From the IMG/VR virus record IMGVR_UViG_3300045988_119557, positions 13,946 through 77,945 of that record: a DNA stretch of 64,000 bases. One strand, 5' to 3'. The notes below the pieces were generated by a model, which worked only from the letters and a program-made list of their open reading frames with translations, had not been told where the DNA came from and ran no database searches. A program made the translations under genes and the position numbers. This stretch comes from a virus. Below, in pieces: positions 17,377-26,384 of the stretch (the stretch's first letter is position 1; every line of letters begins with the position of its first letter).

Positions 17377-18089
17377 TTATTCTTTAAATAATGGGAATCC
17401 TAAATCACTTAATAAATCTTCTGCGGAATTGATTACAGTTACATTGTCCTCGCTTTTATTTTCAGGTAAATAAACAACTTGCGTTGAATCATGGGACGCT
17501 AAAGCTATTTGAGCCATACTCATTTTCCACATGTATTCGTCTATGGTCACAGAAGGATAAGCTTTAAGAAAGTCAAACATCTGTCCATAGCTTGTCCTGG
17601 CTACTATTATTTTTGTTCGTTCATCCTTGTCTTCCTCTGTAGAGCCATCTCCTTGAATATCTGAGTCGAGTTGATAATGTAAAAAAAAACATCCACATTT
17701 ATCAAATTCAGTATTTCAAATAACAACTGTCCCCATTCCTTTTCATCACATTCCCAAAAAAGGGTTTCGTATACTTTTTTATATGTTACTTCATCTTCAA
17801 TATCTTCTTTCTTGTTAAGAATAGCCAATGTAATAATCCTACAAACAGAAGGTAAATTAGACGCTAATCCTTTTAACACATCACTATACGATGCTTTTTC
17901 TGCTTTACTTATTTTAACTGCTTCTTCTGCAATCATCCACATTACGGCAGGCTTCAAAGACTTTATAGCGAACTCTGTTTTTGACAACTTAACTAAAGTT
18001 GGGCTATCTGTCATAATTTGCGCTAAACGCTCCATTGCTTCATCAGAAACAGGTTCGTTGATTGATTTTCTTTTTATATTTTCTTTCAT
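17377..18089 (-). CDS. tail assembly chaperone, long product via programmed -1 frameshift
   Basis: The 67-aa ORF 17377-17580 is in the -1 frame of 17607-18089. That frame is open with no stop from the T9 run to its ATG (34 codons, LHYQLDSDIQGDGSTEEDKDERTKIIVARTSYGQ). Confidence 0.6.
17607..18089 (-). CDS. tail assembly chaperone (short, in-frame product)
   Basis: 160-aa ORF immediately upstream of the tape measure. It contains the slippery T9 run. Confidence 0.7.
   Translation of the reverse strand: MKENIKRKSINEPVSDEAMERLAQIMTDSPTLVKLSKTEFAIKSLKPAVMWMIAEEAVKISKAEKASYSDVLKGLASNLPSVCRIITLAILNKKEDIEDEVTYKKVYETLFWECDEKEWGQLLFEILNLINVDVFFYIINSTQIFKEMALQRKTRMNEQK
17681..17689 (-). promoter_or_regulatory. 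-1 ribosomal frameshift slippery site
   Basis: The minus strand reads G TTT TTT TTA C, a T TTT TTT heptamer in the X XXY YYZ register of the chaperone frame. Confidence 0.6.
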
Positions 18090-18106
18090 GTTATTACTTA
18101 TGAAAT

Positions 18107-18137
18107 AGGGGGAAGGAGTTTAATTCTCCCACCCCCT
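18107..18137 (-). promoter_or_regulatory. GC-rich stem-loop between tail-tube and chaperone genes (possible attenuator)
   Basis: AGGGGGAAGGAG (18107-18118) pairs with CTCCCACCCCCT (18126-18137) with one mismatch. There is no strong T-run. Confidence 0.35.
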
Positions 18138-18250
18138 CCTATATAGTTAGATGATATTACTTTTTCTCGCTCTTGTTTTAGGAGACAATAAAATAGCGTC
18201 TTCTCCGTTCAGGATATTTAGGGAATTAGCCGGAGTTACCGATTCCCTCG

Positions 18251-18829
18251 TTACCCCCCCACAGTTGTAGGAATAGTATAATCGTAGTCGATCATAAATG
18301 GAGTCATAACTTTGCCAGAACCATTTGTCATCTCTAACAAAGAACCTGTACCAGCCAATGCAATTCGTCCAATCGAAGTACTCAAAGAGTCAATTGTTAC
18401 TGTCGGACTCATTTGTACTTTAGGTAGAATACATGCGATGTATTTTCCATCTGTGCCCTGGAATACCAAAGCAAATTCAGCATATTTAGTGACGTAACCA
18501 CTCGGAGCATATACTTTCTTAGTATCCGTACTAACTTCAAAGCCCAAAAGATCTTTCAATAAATCGGGCTGCAAGTCAGCAATCTCTGTAGCTACAGAAT
18601 ACTGTCCAGCTTGGATATTATTAATAATTGGTGCAGAAGACAATTCGTTTTCTACAGGATTTTCAGTATTTTCCTCCTGTGTAATAGAGGTTGAATCTCG
18701 GATAATTTCCTCACATTGATATACATTCGTTCCTTTTGTTGTTTCATCTGTAAAAGGAGTAATAAAAATGTATTTCGGGTTAAAAACCTTCTTCGACTTT
18801 GCGGATGTTTTTACAACTGTTGTTGCCAT
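18251..18829 (-). CDS. major tail (tube) protein, assigned by position
   Basis: 192-aa ORF directly upstream of the chaperone pair and tape measure. No motif recognised. Confidence 0.6.
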   Translation of the reverse strand: MATTVVKTSAKSKKVFNPKYIFITPFTDETTKGTNVYQCEEIIRDSTSITQEENTENPVENELSSAPIINNIQAGQYSVATEIADLQPDLLKDLLGFEVSTDTKKVYAPSGYVTKYAEFALVFQGTDGKYIACILPKVQMSPTVTIDSLSTSIGRIALAGTGSLLEMTNGSGKVMTPFMIDYDYTIPTTVGG

Positions 18830-18841
18830 AATTTTTATTAT

Positions 18842-19234
18842 TTAAGCGGTTAAAATTTGAATTTCTACAATATTGTAATGTAATTTAGCATTGGAATCAT
18901 AGCCTGAACGCGTACCTCTCCTGATTAATTGATAAGCAGGATTTTCATTTGAAAAAAGTATTTCATTCAAGGTAGTTTCCATTTTAGAGAGTATGGGAAC
19001 GTTTTTTGCGCCAGAGGACATTGGCTTGGCATATAACCAAATTGCTATTGTGCCAAAACCATAAGCCGACAAGTCGCGTATCAAATAAGAACAATCAACC
19101 AAAAGTAAATCTTTCCACGAGTCTTTTATAACTGGCGGCAATGTATCAAAGAAAACATTTGCTGAAACCTTATTCCCCAACAAGGAATCAAGGTAAGCTT
19201 CTATATTTGATATGTTTAACTTATTTTTATCCAT
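18842..19234 (-). CDS. head-tail connector / tail completion protein (by position)
   Basis: 130-aa ORF in the capsid-to-tail-tube string. Confidence 0.45.
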   Translation of the reverse strand: MDKNKLNISNIEAYLDSLLGNKVSANVFFDTLPPVIKDSWKDLLLVDCSYLIRDLSAYGFGTIAIWLYAKPMSSGAKNVPILSKMETTLNEILFSNENPAYQLIRRGTRSGYDSNAKLHYNIVEIQILTA

Positions 19235-19682
19235 TTCCTATTGTCTTTACTTTTGAACCTTTTATCTTCGACGATAATAATGAAATATCATCTCCAATCA
19301 TAAAGATCACTTTATATTTTCTTTTTAAAGGAGATTCGCCTGCCTCTAATATTCCCCCATAGAACAAAGCAACAGCAACTACTAATTGCATCCCTTTAGA
19401 TGGTGGATTATATTTAGAGAAAAACTCCTCAATTGACTGTCTTCCTGTTATGTAACGCCCATTAACTTTTACACCCTTATCCGTAGCTAAACGATCTAAA
19501 AATCTTGTTGTTTGCGGATATATTTTTCCGTTATAAAAGACTGCGCTACCGTAACTATCATGGAGGTTTTGAGTTTCGTTTTTACTATAATCCGCTTCTT
19601 CAAAAGCCTGATGTATCAACTTATCTCCATCGGAAGCCAGTTTCATGGCTAATTGATGTACATAATTAGAAGAAACCTTCAT
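19227..19682 (-). CDS. head-tail connector protein (by position)
   Basis: 151-aa ORF that overlaps its neighbours by a few nt. Confidence 0.45.
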   Translation of the reverse strand: MKVSSNYVHQLAMKLASDGDKLIHQAFEEADYSKNETQNLHDSYGSAVFYNGKIYPQTTRFLDRLATDKGVKVNGRYITGRQSIEEFFSKYNPPSKGMQLVVAVALFYGGILEAGESPLKRKYKVIFMIGDDISLLSSKIKGSKVKTIGNG

Positions 19683-20029
19683 TATTCTTCCTGTGTATAA
19701 GTTGTTATGTAAACCGAAACACCCCCTAATTGAGTTGGGAATAAACCAATTACTCGACCTTCGACTGACATTCCAAACATTTCCCCTCTGAATAGCATTC
19801 CTTTTTTTATGGTAATGCCTTGTTTTTTATCAAAAGGATAATATACTTCAAAAGCATTTGAGATGATAGTATTATCACTTTTCTTTGCTTCTTGTATATC
19901 ACATTTGGTTTCTAATACCAAGATTTCCTCTTCGACTCTTTCCGTCAACGGCTTAGTCATATCTATGTCGTATGTATAGAAAGAACCATTGAAAGGATAT
20001 TCTTGTATTAAGTCTCTGTCAATAATCAT
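19682..20029 (-). CDS. head-tail connector protein (by position)
   Basis: 115-aa ORF with start/stop overlap on both sides. Confidence 0.45.
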   Translation of the reverse strand: MIIDRDLIQEYPFNGSFYTYDIDMTKPLTERVEEEILVLETKCDIQEAKKSDNTIISNAFEVYYPFDKKQGITIKKGMLFRGEMFGMSVEGRVIGLFPTQLGGVSVYITTYTQEE

Positions 20030-20391
20030 TAGTCATATTCATTAATCCATTGTACACCCAAGTTTGATAGCTCTGATAATTTAGGATCGTCCCATTTCTT
20101 ATATAACCCAATTAAAATATTATAGACTTCTTTCTTTGTATCATAACGCTGGCTCCCAATCGTTTTCGTAAATGCGCCATGCTGCTGAGTTGAACTCGCA
20201 GTATAATTAGGGGCTGTATAAATCACGAACAATAAATCAGCAAGACAAAGATCTTTTTGTTTTTCTGTCAAAGATTTATAATCTGTAACGTCGATAACTT
20301 CTCTTTCTATTGCGATACGGGTTAAGACTGCCCTGTCAAAGACAAAGGCAGTCAAACCAGAAAGATATTCTATAACATCAAATTGCGCCAT
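20029..20391 (-). CDS. head-tail connector protein (by position)
   Basis: 120-aa ORF immediately downstream of the capsid gene. Confidence 0.45.
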   Translation of the reverse strand: MAQFDVIEYLSGLTAFVFDRAVLTRIAIEREVIDVTDYKSLTEKQKDLCLADLLFVIYTAPNYTASSTQQHGAFTKTIGSQRYDTKKEVYNILIGLYKKWDDPKLSELSNLGVQWINEYD

Positions 20392-20392
20392 A

Positions 20393-21565
20393 TTAATTCG
20401 CTACTGTTGTGTCAACAATGACATGGTACGGGAACTCGTTCAATGACGGAACAGCCGACATAATCAAATCGGTATGCCATTCTTTATACATTCCATTAGG
20501 TACAGTTGTATTTACCAATGTATAAATACCACCTTCCATCTGAGCGAATGATTTAGTAATGGAATTATTACCGTATTTTTCAAACATTACTACGTCCAAA
20601 ATATCAGTATACTGAATTTCCCCAGCAAATCCCGCAGGGCGTAGAACAGCAGCTTTCGAATCCCATCCATTAACAAACTTACCAGTCATATTATCCCAAC
20701 TGATGTCCTTTTGTTTTTCAACAACAATCTCAATTGGAGACAAATCGGGATAATTAGCATAAACAACACTGTTGAAGATTTCCTCAGTAACAGGCATTGA
20801 GTCCAAGAAAACCTTATCATTTAGCGTATAGTATTGTTTCACCAGCTCGCGAACTTCTTTGTTCTTCAAAACGACATCCATATACATCTTATACGGAATC
20901 TGCCATTTCATTGGGCCATTATAACCTTTTGTATCGCGGAAGTCAACCTCAATAGTACGCATTTGGCTAAGCAAATTACAATCTGCGGCAGTCCAAACCT
21001 TAGCACCTGCTTTCTTGAAGTTTTCTGCCGGGATTTCTGCTTTCTGCAAAGCGCCCTTCATTCCACGTCCAAAATTATAAGAACACTGACCTTTTGAAAT
21101 AAGCTGTGCGCCCAAATTAGTTAAGGTCTGGTCAGCAGCGTCGATCTGCATCTGAACATCGTCCATCCATTCGCTAATCAAGAAAGCGTCATTCCCGAAT
21201 TGAGCAAAAAGACGTTCTTTGTATTCACGCTGCGGAGCAGTTTCTACAATACCAGGAGCAATAAAATCAGGGATAGTAGCGGAATACCAAGAAATTCCCT
21301 TGTAATCCAAAGGTACAGAATCGCCAAGGGGTGCACGCATATCCATCATTGGAGTTGCGGTTCTGTCTTTAGCCTGTACTGTAAAGGTTGCAGTACCATC
21401 AGCTGCTACGGGGGTAGCATTGCTGGCTTTCGTAAATTGGGTTTTCCACCATCCGTAATTTGTGCGAAGCAAACCCGATTCGTCAATCAAAGAGCGCAAA
21501 AAACGCACATCAGAATCAGTCCACAAACGAGCATATCTATTATTATTAAAATCAAACTTTGGCAT
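20393..21565 (-). CDS. major capsid protein
   Basis: 390-aa ORF located after the scaffold and decoration-like genes and before the connectors. Size and position fit a lambda gpE-like major capsid protein. Confidence 0.8.
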   Translation of the reverse strand: MPKFDFNNNRYARLWTDSDVRFLRSLIDESGLLRTNYGWWKTQFTKASNATPVAADGTATFTVQAKDRTATPMMDMRAPLGDSVPLDYKGISWYSATIPDFIAPGIVETAPQREYKERLFAQFGNDAFLISEWMDDVQMQIDAADQTLTNLGAQLISKGQCSYNFGRGMKGALQKAEIPAENFKKAGAKVWTAADCNLLSQMRTIEVDFRDTKGYNGPMKWQIPYKMYMDVVLKNKEVRELVKQYYTLNDKVFLDSMPVTEEIFNSVVYANYPDLSPIEIVVEKQKDISWDNMTGKFVNGWDSKAAVLRPAGFAGEIQYTDILDVVMFEKYGNNSITKSFAQMEGGIYTLVNTTVPNGMYKEWHTDLIMSAVPSLNEFPYHVIVDTTVAN

Positions 21566-21582
21566 TTTCTATTTCCTTTCTT

Positions 21583-22305
21583 TTAAAGTTCAAACCATCC
21601 GGTTACTAATGATTTATTTCTCGCGGCAAGTACACTTTTGGGAAGTGGAGACATCCTGTCAATATAAGCAATACCATGAAGCACAGGAGTCATAAAATAT
21701 CTTGCTCCATCAAAATCATTATCGCCTGTTACTGGCTCATAAAGGAAATCATAATCCGCAGGACACATTGCATTCGGATTTGTAACCATCGGTTTTTTGC
21801 CAGAACCTGCTTCAACTGCCTCAACAAGAATATCATCTACGACTAAATCAGCCAATGTAGCAGAAAGAGTAACCTTCCATACATCCTTAGACGCTTCAAC
21901 AGTCGGTTCTACTTTTGTTACCGTAACCGCAGTACCCGCTCCATCAATAGTAGCAGGAGCTTTCATCAAAACATCTCCTACAAAAGGGATATGTTTATAT
22001 CCATCTCTTGTTAAATAGATAACGACGTCAGAGGATGTACTTGTCGCTTTGCTTACAACATAAGTCTTCAAGATATAACCTGTAGCACCCTTTTCACCGT
22101 CCTTATAGCGATATTCAATCAAATCGCCTGCATACATTTTGGCTGTTCCCTTAAACGGATTCATAATTTTACATCCGAAAGTAGGGAATACAAGTTCATT
22201 CTTGTTGCCTTGCAGCTTAACAAAAACGTATCTTGCGCCACCAATTTCACCTCTTCGTTGAAGAAGAGTCTTTCCTAAAAAGACACCTGCATCGGTAGAA
22301 TACAT
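21583..22305 (-). CDS. head-associated protein (decoration/auxiliary capsid protein, by position)
   Basis: 240-aa ORF between the scaffold and major capsid genes. Confidence 0.4.
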   Translation of the reverse strand: MYSTDAGVFLGKTLLQRRGEIGGARYVFVKLQGNKNELVFPTFGCKIMNPFKGTAKMYAGDLIEYRYKDGEKGATGYILKTYVVSKATSTSSDVVIYLTRDGYKHIPFVGDVLMKAPATIDGAGTAVTVTKVEPTVEASKDVWKVTLSATLADLVVDDILVEAVEAGSGKKPMVTNPNAMCPADYDFLYEPVTGDNDFDGARYFMTPVLHGIAYIDRMSPLPKSVLAARNKSLVTGWFEL

Positions 22306-22320
22306 ATTTTCTCTTTTTTT

Positions 22321-22953
22321 TTAATTTAAAACTTCTTTTTTACGTTCTCTCATTTTCTTAATATCATCCCACGTATCGGTTGCGGCTGCACTTGGGGTTT
22401 CCAAAGATTGTGGGGACATTGAAGTCGTGAAATTAGCCTGAGATTGATTGTAAATTTTCACATAAGAGTCAAGTTTTGCGTCTACGTCGAATTCTTCTGT
22501 AATATTAATCTCTTGAATGAAATCATTAATCCATGAATCGTTTTTAACGCCTTTAGTTTTTAATTTGCCTTTCAAATCTTGTTTCTTCTGAGAAATAACT
22601 TTCTCTCTCTTTTCAGCTTGCAATTCCTGTTCCAACTGTGCGAGTCTTTTTTCAAGTTCGCTTGTTCCTTCCGCAGGTTTCTGTGTAGTCTGCTGTGCGG
22701 CAGGTGATGTAGTTTGAGACTTGTAAGACTGTACGAAATCCGAATAATCTTTTTCCATGTTGCCATTTGCGGTTTTGAATAACGGCAATGCTTTTGACAT
22801 AAAATCAGTCAATTCGGTTTCTTCTGTTGCTAATAATGGGGTTAGGGTTTCTAACATCTCATTAATACTTCTCTCTGTTAAACGTAGGGTTTTCCCACCT
22901 TCTGTCAGAGCACCTTTGAGGTTTTCAAAGGCTTGCTGTTTGGTAAATTTCAT
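22321..22953 (-). CDS. scaffolding protein
   Basis: 210 aa, helical and charged (ELEKRLAQLEQELQAEKREK). It is the first gene of the late minus-strand operon, upstream of the capsid gene. Confidence 0.6.
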   Translation of the reverse strand: MKFTKQQAFENLKGALTEGGKTLRLTERSINEMLETLTPLLATEETELTDFMSKALPLFKTANGNMEKDYSDFVQSYKSQTTSPAAQQTTQKPAEGTSELEKRLAQLEQELQAEKREKVISQKKQDLKGKLKTKGVKNDSWINDFIQEINITEEFDVDAKLDSYVKIYNQSQANFTTSMSPQSLETPSAAATDTWDDIKKMRERKKEVLN

Positions 22954-23084
22954 ACTTCGTTAATCTTTTAATTTGCATACAAAATAAAGCTATATATTCA
23001 ACAATATAGAAAGATATAGGACTAAACTTTATCACTGGTGACAACATTTATTCATTAGTTCAAAATATTCGCAAATTTCTATAG

Positions 23085-23092
23085 TATTTTTG
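23085..23092 (+). promoter_or_regulatory. Bacteroides-type -7 promoter box
   Basis: TATTTTTG ends 2 nt before the first ATG of terL, so the true start may be the ATG at 23100 or the box may not be used. Confidence 0.3.
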
Positions 23093-23093
23093 C

Positions 23094-25775
23094 ATGTATA
23101 TGGAAACAACAGACAAAGATAAAGAATCAAAGACCAAAATAATTAAGCCACAACCAGGCTTTCAAGAAAAGTTTGTGTGCTCGAATGTGGATGTAGTGTT
23201 CGGAGGCGGTACGTTAAACCCGCAACCCAAGGACTGTCTTGTCTCTACTCCTAATGGATTTGTAAAAATAGGAAGTCTAAAAGCAGGCGATGTTATTACA
23301 AATCCTCTTGGAGGGAATCAGACTGTTAATTTCGTGTTAGACAAAGGAGTACAAGAGTGTGTTGAATTTACTTTGCAGGACGGAAGAAAGGTAAGAAGTG
23401 CCCTATCCCATCATTGGATGGTAAAAGAAAGGCATGGTTATATTTGGGATATATCCGCCAAAGATATAATTGACTATATAGAAACAAGCAAACGGAGAGA
23501 TAAAAGACATGTAAATAGGCTAAGGATTCCAATGTCCGAGCCAGTTGAATTTAGCGATATATATAAAAAGCAAAGGAAAATACATCCTTATTTATTAGGA
23601 GTGTTAATTGGAGATGGCTGCTTATCAGATAAAATATATAGAGCCGATATTGGGACTAATGATATTGAAGTTATCGAAAGGGTTCGGTCTTTGGGGTATA
23701 ATGTAGTTAAAGATAGTATCAATCCAAAAAGTTTGCATTATTGTGTAAGAGATAAACATGTTGTATCAGACTTGAAAGAATTAGGGCTTTGGGGACATTT
23801 AGCTGGGAGTAAATTTATTCCAGATTGCTATAAATATGCGCCCATCGAAGATAGAATGGAACTTTTAAGAGGGTTGTTTGATACAGACGGATGTTGTTCT
23901 ATTAGCAAAATTAGGAAAAATGGGAAAGTTCAATACAATACTATCAGCAAGAGACTGGCAAAGGATGTGCAAGAAGTCATTTGGTCTATTGGAGGCAAAT
24001 GTAGGGTATTCTCAACAGCTCCTACTAAAAGAATGTTTTATGACAGAGAAATAAACTGTGCAGAATACTATACATTGCGAATCTGGACAAAGGACGATAA
24101 AGAACTATTTCACTTAGAAAGAAAAAAAAGAAATACCACTTCGGAAGATAACAAGAAAGTAAAAACTTTCTTAAGTATAATGGATTATAAAATCCTCCCT
24201 CCGGCAGAAGTATGTTGTATAAATGTTTCAGGGGAAGAACATTTGTATTTAACTGATAATTATGTTATTACAAGAAATTGCGGTAAAACATTTAGTGCGA
24301 TTTTGTCAGTTGCAGAGCCAAGTTTAGACCCTTCTTTCCGCGCATGTTTTACTCGTAGGACATTTGGTGAGTTGAACATGGGTGGCGGACTTGTAGATGA
24401 TTTTGAATCAGCATTCGGTAATGGAGCGCAAGTTAGGAAAACAAATCCGCCAAGAGTAACATTTCCATCGGGATCTTTTGTTGAAATGCGTCAAATCAAT
24501 GATGAGAATATCAAAAAGATAACGGAGCAATGGAAAGGTGCGCAGTTTGACCTTATATATATGGACGAGTTGACCTCTTATCAATTCTCTACTTTTAAAT
24601 ACCTTCTGACCAGAAATAGAGGTAAAGGTTCTTGGACAGGTAAGTTTAGAGGCACTACGAATCCGAAGAAAGATTCTTGGATTAGAAAATTCCTTGATTG
24701 GTATATTAGTCCAGAAGGTCAGATTATTCCTGAACGAGATGGTGTAGTTAGATATTTCTATATTGCTGGAGATACCATAGACGATGTTATTTGGGGAGAT
24801 ACCAAAAAAGAAGTATACCAGAAATGTAAGTTAGACATTGACAAGAAGATAAAAGCTGTAGGAGGAACGATTTCTTATGAAAACTTTATCAAGTCTTTTA
24901 CATTTTATTTGGGTAGAATGTCCGAGAATAAAGCCATTCTCGATGGCAACATGGACTACGTAGGTTCTGTTGCTGCATCAGGAGGTAGAATGGCTCAACA
25001 ATTATTGGAAGGTAACTGGAATGTTGACTTGGAGGATGAATCAGACGCTCCTATTCCGTCCCATGTTGCAAGAAGTACATTTATGAATGACCCTCAAAGG
25101 AATGGAGACAGATGGATTACTTGCGACTTGGCAGACTTTGGAACGGATAACATGGTTGCTTTGGCTTGGGATGGATTTCATATAATGGATGCTCTAATCT
25201 TGGGTAAAACGACGCCGCGAATGAATGCGGATAAGCTTTCTTTATTTGCAGCAAAGTGGGATGTAGCAGATTGCCATATAATATATGATGGTATCAACGG
25301 ACGTTACCTTTCTGATTATATTCCAGATGCAATTGCATTTCTTTCTTTTAAAGCGCCAAGAGGGATGTATGGACGTTCCGCAAGAAGCTTAAAAGACGAA
25401 TGTTATTTACGACTCAAATACATTATTAATAATAGATATCTGTCTTGGGAAGAAGAAGTCTTACAAAGAAGATATACGCATAATAAGATGAAAGATGAAA
25501 TCACTATTGGCGTTGAATTTGTAGAAGAATGTACTGTCGTTCGGTTTAAGACAGAAGCAAGCGGGAAACATAGACTGGCCACGAAGAAAGAGATGAATCA
25601 AATGTTGGGAAAGGGACGCTCTATGGACTTATTAGACCCATGTGCTATGCGAATGTATCCTGTTTTGGAATATCAATATGGCGATGAACTTATCGAGACA
25701 GCAGTCGATTTTGAAGAAAGAGAGAAGCAATATATTCCCAAAGACAATATATATAGAGATGATTTTTGGGCTTAA
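23094..25775 (+). CDS. terL: terminase large subunit, interrupted by an intein
   Basis: The exteins carry CGKT (P-loop), DLIYMDELT (Walker B) and RGTTNP, plus a C-terminal nuclease half. They total 545 aa once the 348-aa insert is removed. Confidence 0.9.
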   Translation: MYMETTDKDKESKTKIIKPQPGFQEKFVCSNVDVVFGGGTLNPQPKDCLVSTPNGFVKIGSLKAGDVITNPLGGNQTVNFVLDKGVQECVEFTLQDGRKVRSALSHHWMVKERHGYIWDISAKDIIDYIETSKRRDKRHVNRLRIPMSEPVEFSDIYKKQRKIHPYLLGVLIGDGCLSDKIYRADIGTNDIEVIERVRSLGYNVVKDSINPKSLHYCVRDKHVVSDLKELGLWGHLAGSKFIPDCYKYAPIEDRMELLRGLFDTDGCCSISKIRKNGKVQYNTISKRLAKDVQEVIWSIGGKCRVFSTAPTKRMFYDREINCAEYYTLRIWTKDDKELFHLERKKRNTTSEDNKKVKTFLSIMDYKILPPAEVCCINVSGEEHLYLTDNYVITRNCGKTFSAILSVAEPSLDPSFRACFTRRTFGELNMGGGLVDDFESAFGNGAQVRKTNPPRVTFPSGSFVEMRQINDENIKKITEQWKGAQFDLIYMDELTSYQFSTFKYLLTRNRGKGSWTGKFRGTTNPKKDSWIRKFLDWYISPEGQIIPERDGVVRYFYIAGDTIDDVIWGDTKKEVYQKCKLDIDKKIKAVGGTISYENFIKSFTFYLGRMSENKAILDGNMDYVGSVAASGGRMAQQLLEGNWNVDLEDESDAPIPSHVARSTFMNDPQRNGDRWITCDLADFGTDNMVALAWDGFHIMDALILGKTTPRMNADKLSLFAAKWDVADCHIIYDGINGRYLSDYIPDAIAFLSFKAPRGMYGRSARSLKDECYLRLKYIINNRYLSWEEEVLQRRYTHNKMKDEITIGVEFVEECTVVRFKTEASGKHRLATKKEMNQMLGKGRSMDLLDPCAMRMYPVLEYQYGDELIETAVDFEEREKQYIPKDNIYRDDFWA
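23235..24278 (+). mobile_element. intein with LAGLIDADG homing endonuclease
   Basis: Starts CLVSTPNGFVKIGSLKAGDVI (block A), then LSHHWMV (block B). LAGLIDADG motifs LLGVLIGDGCL and LLRGLFDTDGC. Ends HLYLTDNYVITRN, followed by a +1 Cys. Confidence 0.85.
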
Positions 25776-25800
25776 TTCATTGTAATTCAATTATTTTTAT

Positions 25801-25808
25801 TAACTTTG
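25801..25808 (+). promoter_or_regulatory. Bacteroides-type -7 promoter box
   Basis: TAACTTTG, 17 nt upstream of the ATG at 25826. Confidence 0.4.
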
Positions 25809-25825
25809 CAATATAAAAAAGTAAC

Positions 25826-26383
25826 ATGGATACCAACGACTTTAAAAAAATAACTACCGATGCTAAAAACTTGGGACATGATGTCTCGATGCAAGATATT
25901 GCATATGTGTTTCTCTGCGAAAGTTATGAAAACGCAGAGATTGCATATAAAGTGCTATTCGGGAAAGAGTCCATAGATGCGGAGGTGAATAAATATAAGA
26001 AATCAAAAAAGATTGTTTTTTTAACAGACTATATAAAAAGCAATTATATTAAGCCTTCTAAGAAAGCAGAAGTTGAATTTTCGACAGAAGAAGATATGGA
26101 TCTTTCTTTTGAGGAAAACAAGAGCAAGATGATCTCTCTCTTAAATAAGATTGAGGAGTTGGTTGCTTCTGGCGACATGTCTGCGAAAGACGCTGTTAAA
26201 TTAGAGGCTGAAATTAGAACCAAACTGAATGATAAATTCTCTGTTGATGATCAATCGGAGCAAAGTAATGTTATCGTCGTTGAACCAAAATTTAATCTTA
26301 TTTGTCCGCATACTAACAGGGAGTGCTATGTAAATAGCAAAGAGCAAGTAATGAAAAGATATAATTTGATCGAAAAAGAATAA
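25826..26383 (+). CDS. hypothetical protein (possible small terminase subunit)
   Basis: 185-aa ORF between terL and portal. The N-terminal DIAYVFLCESYENAEIAYKVLFG weakly recalls the TerS helix-turn-helix. The assignment is tentative. Confidence 0.45.
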   Translation: MDTNDFKKITTDAKNLGHDVSMQDIAYVFLCESYENAEIAYKVLFGKESIDAEVNKYKKSKKIVFLTDYIKSNYIKPSKKAEVEFSTEEDMDLSFEENKSKMISLLNKIEELVASGDMSAKDAVKLEAEIRTKLNDKFSVDDQSEQSNVIVVEPKFNLICPHTNRECYVNSKEQVMKRYNLIEKE

Positions 26384-26384
26384 T

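Noticed and set aside
23085-23100. Possible leaderless terL mRNA: the -7 box ends 2 nt before the first ATG, and a second ATG lies at 23100.
   Set aside because: This rests on a single 8-nt motif match and an assumed start-site distance. It cannot be supported without transcript mapping.
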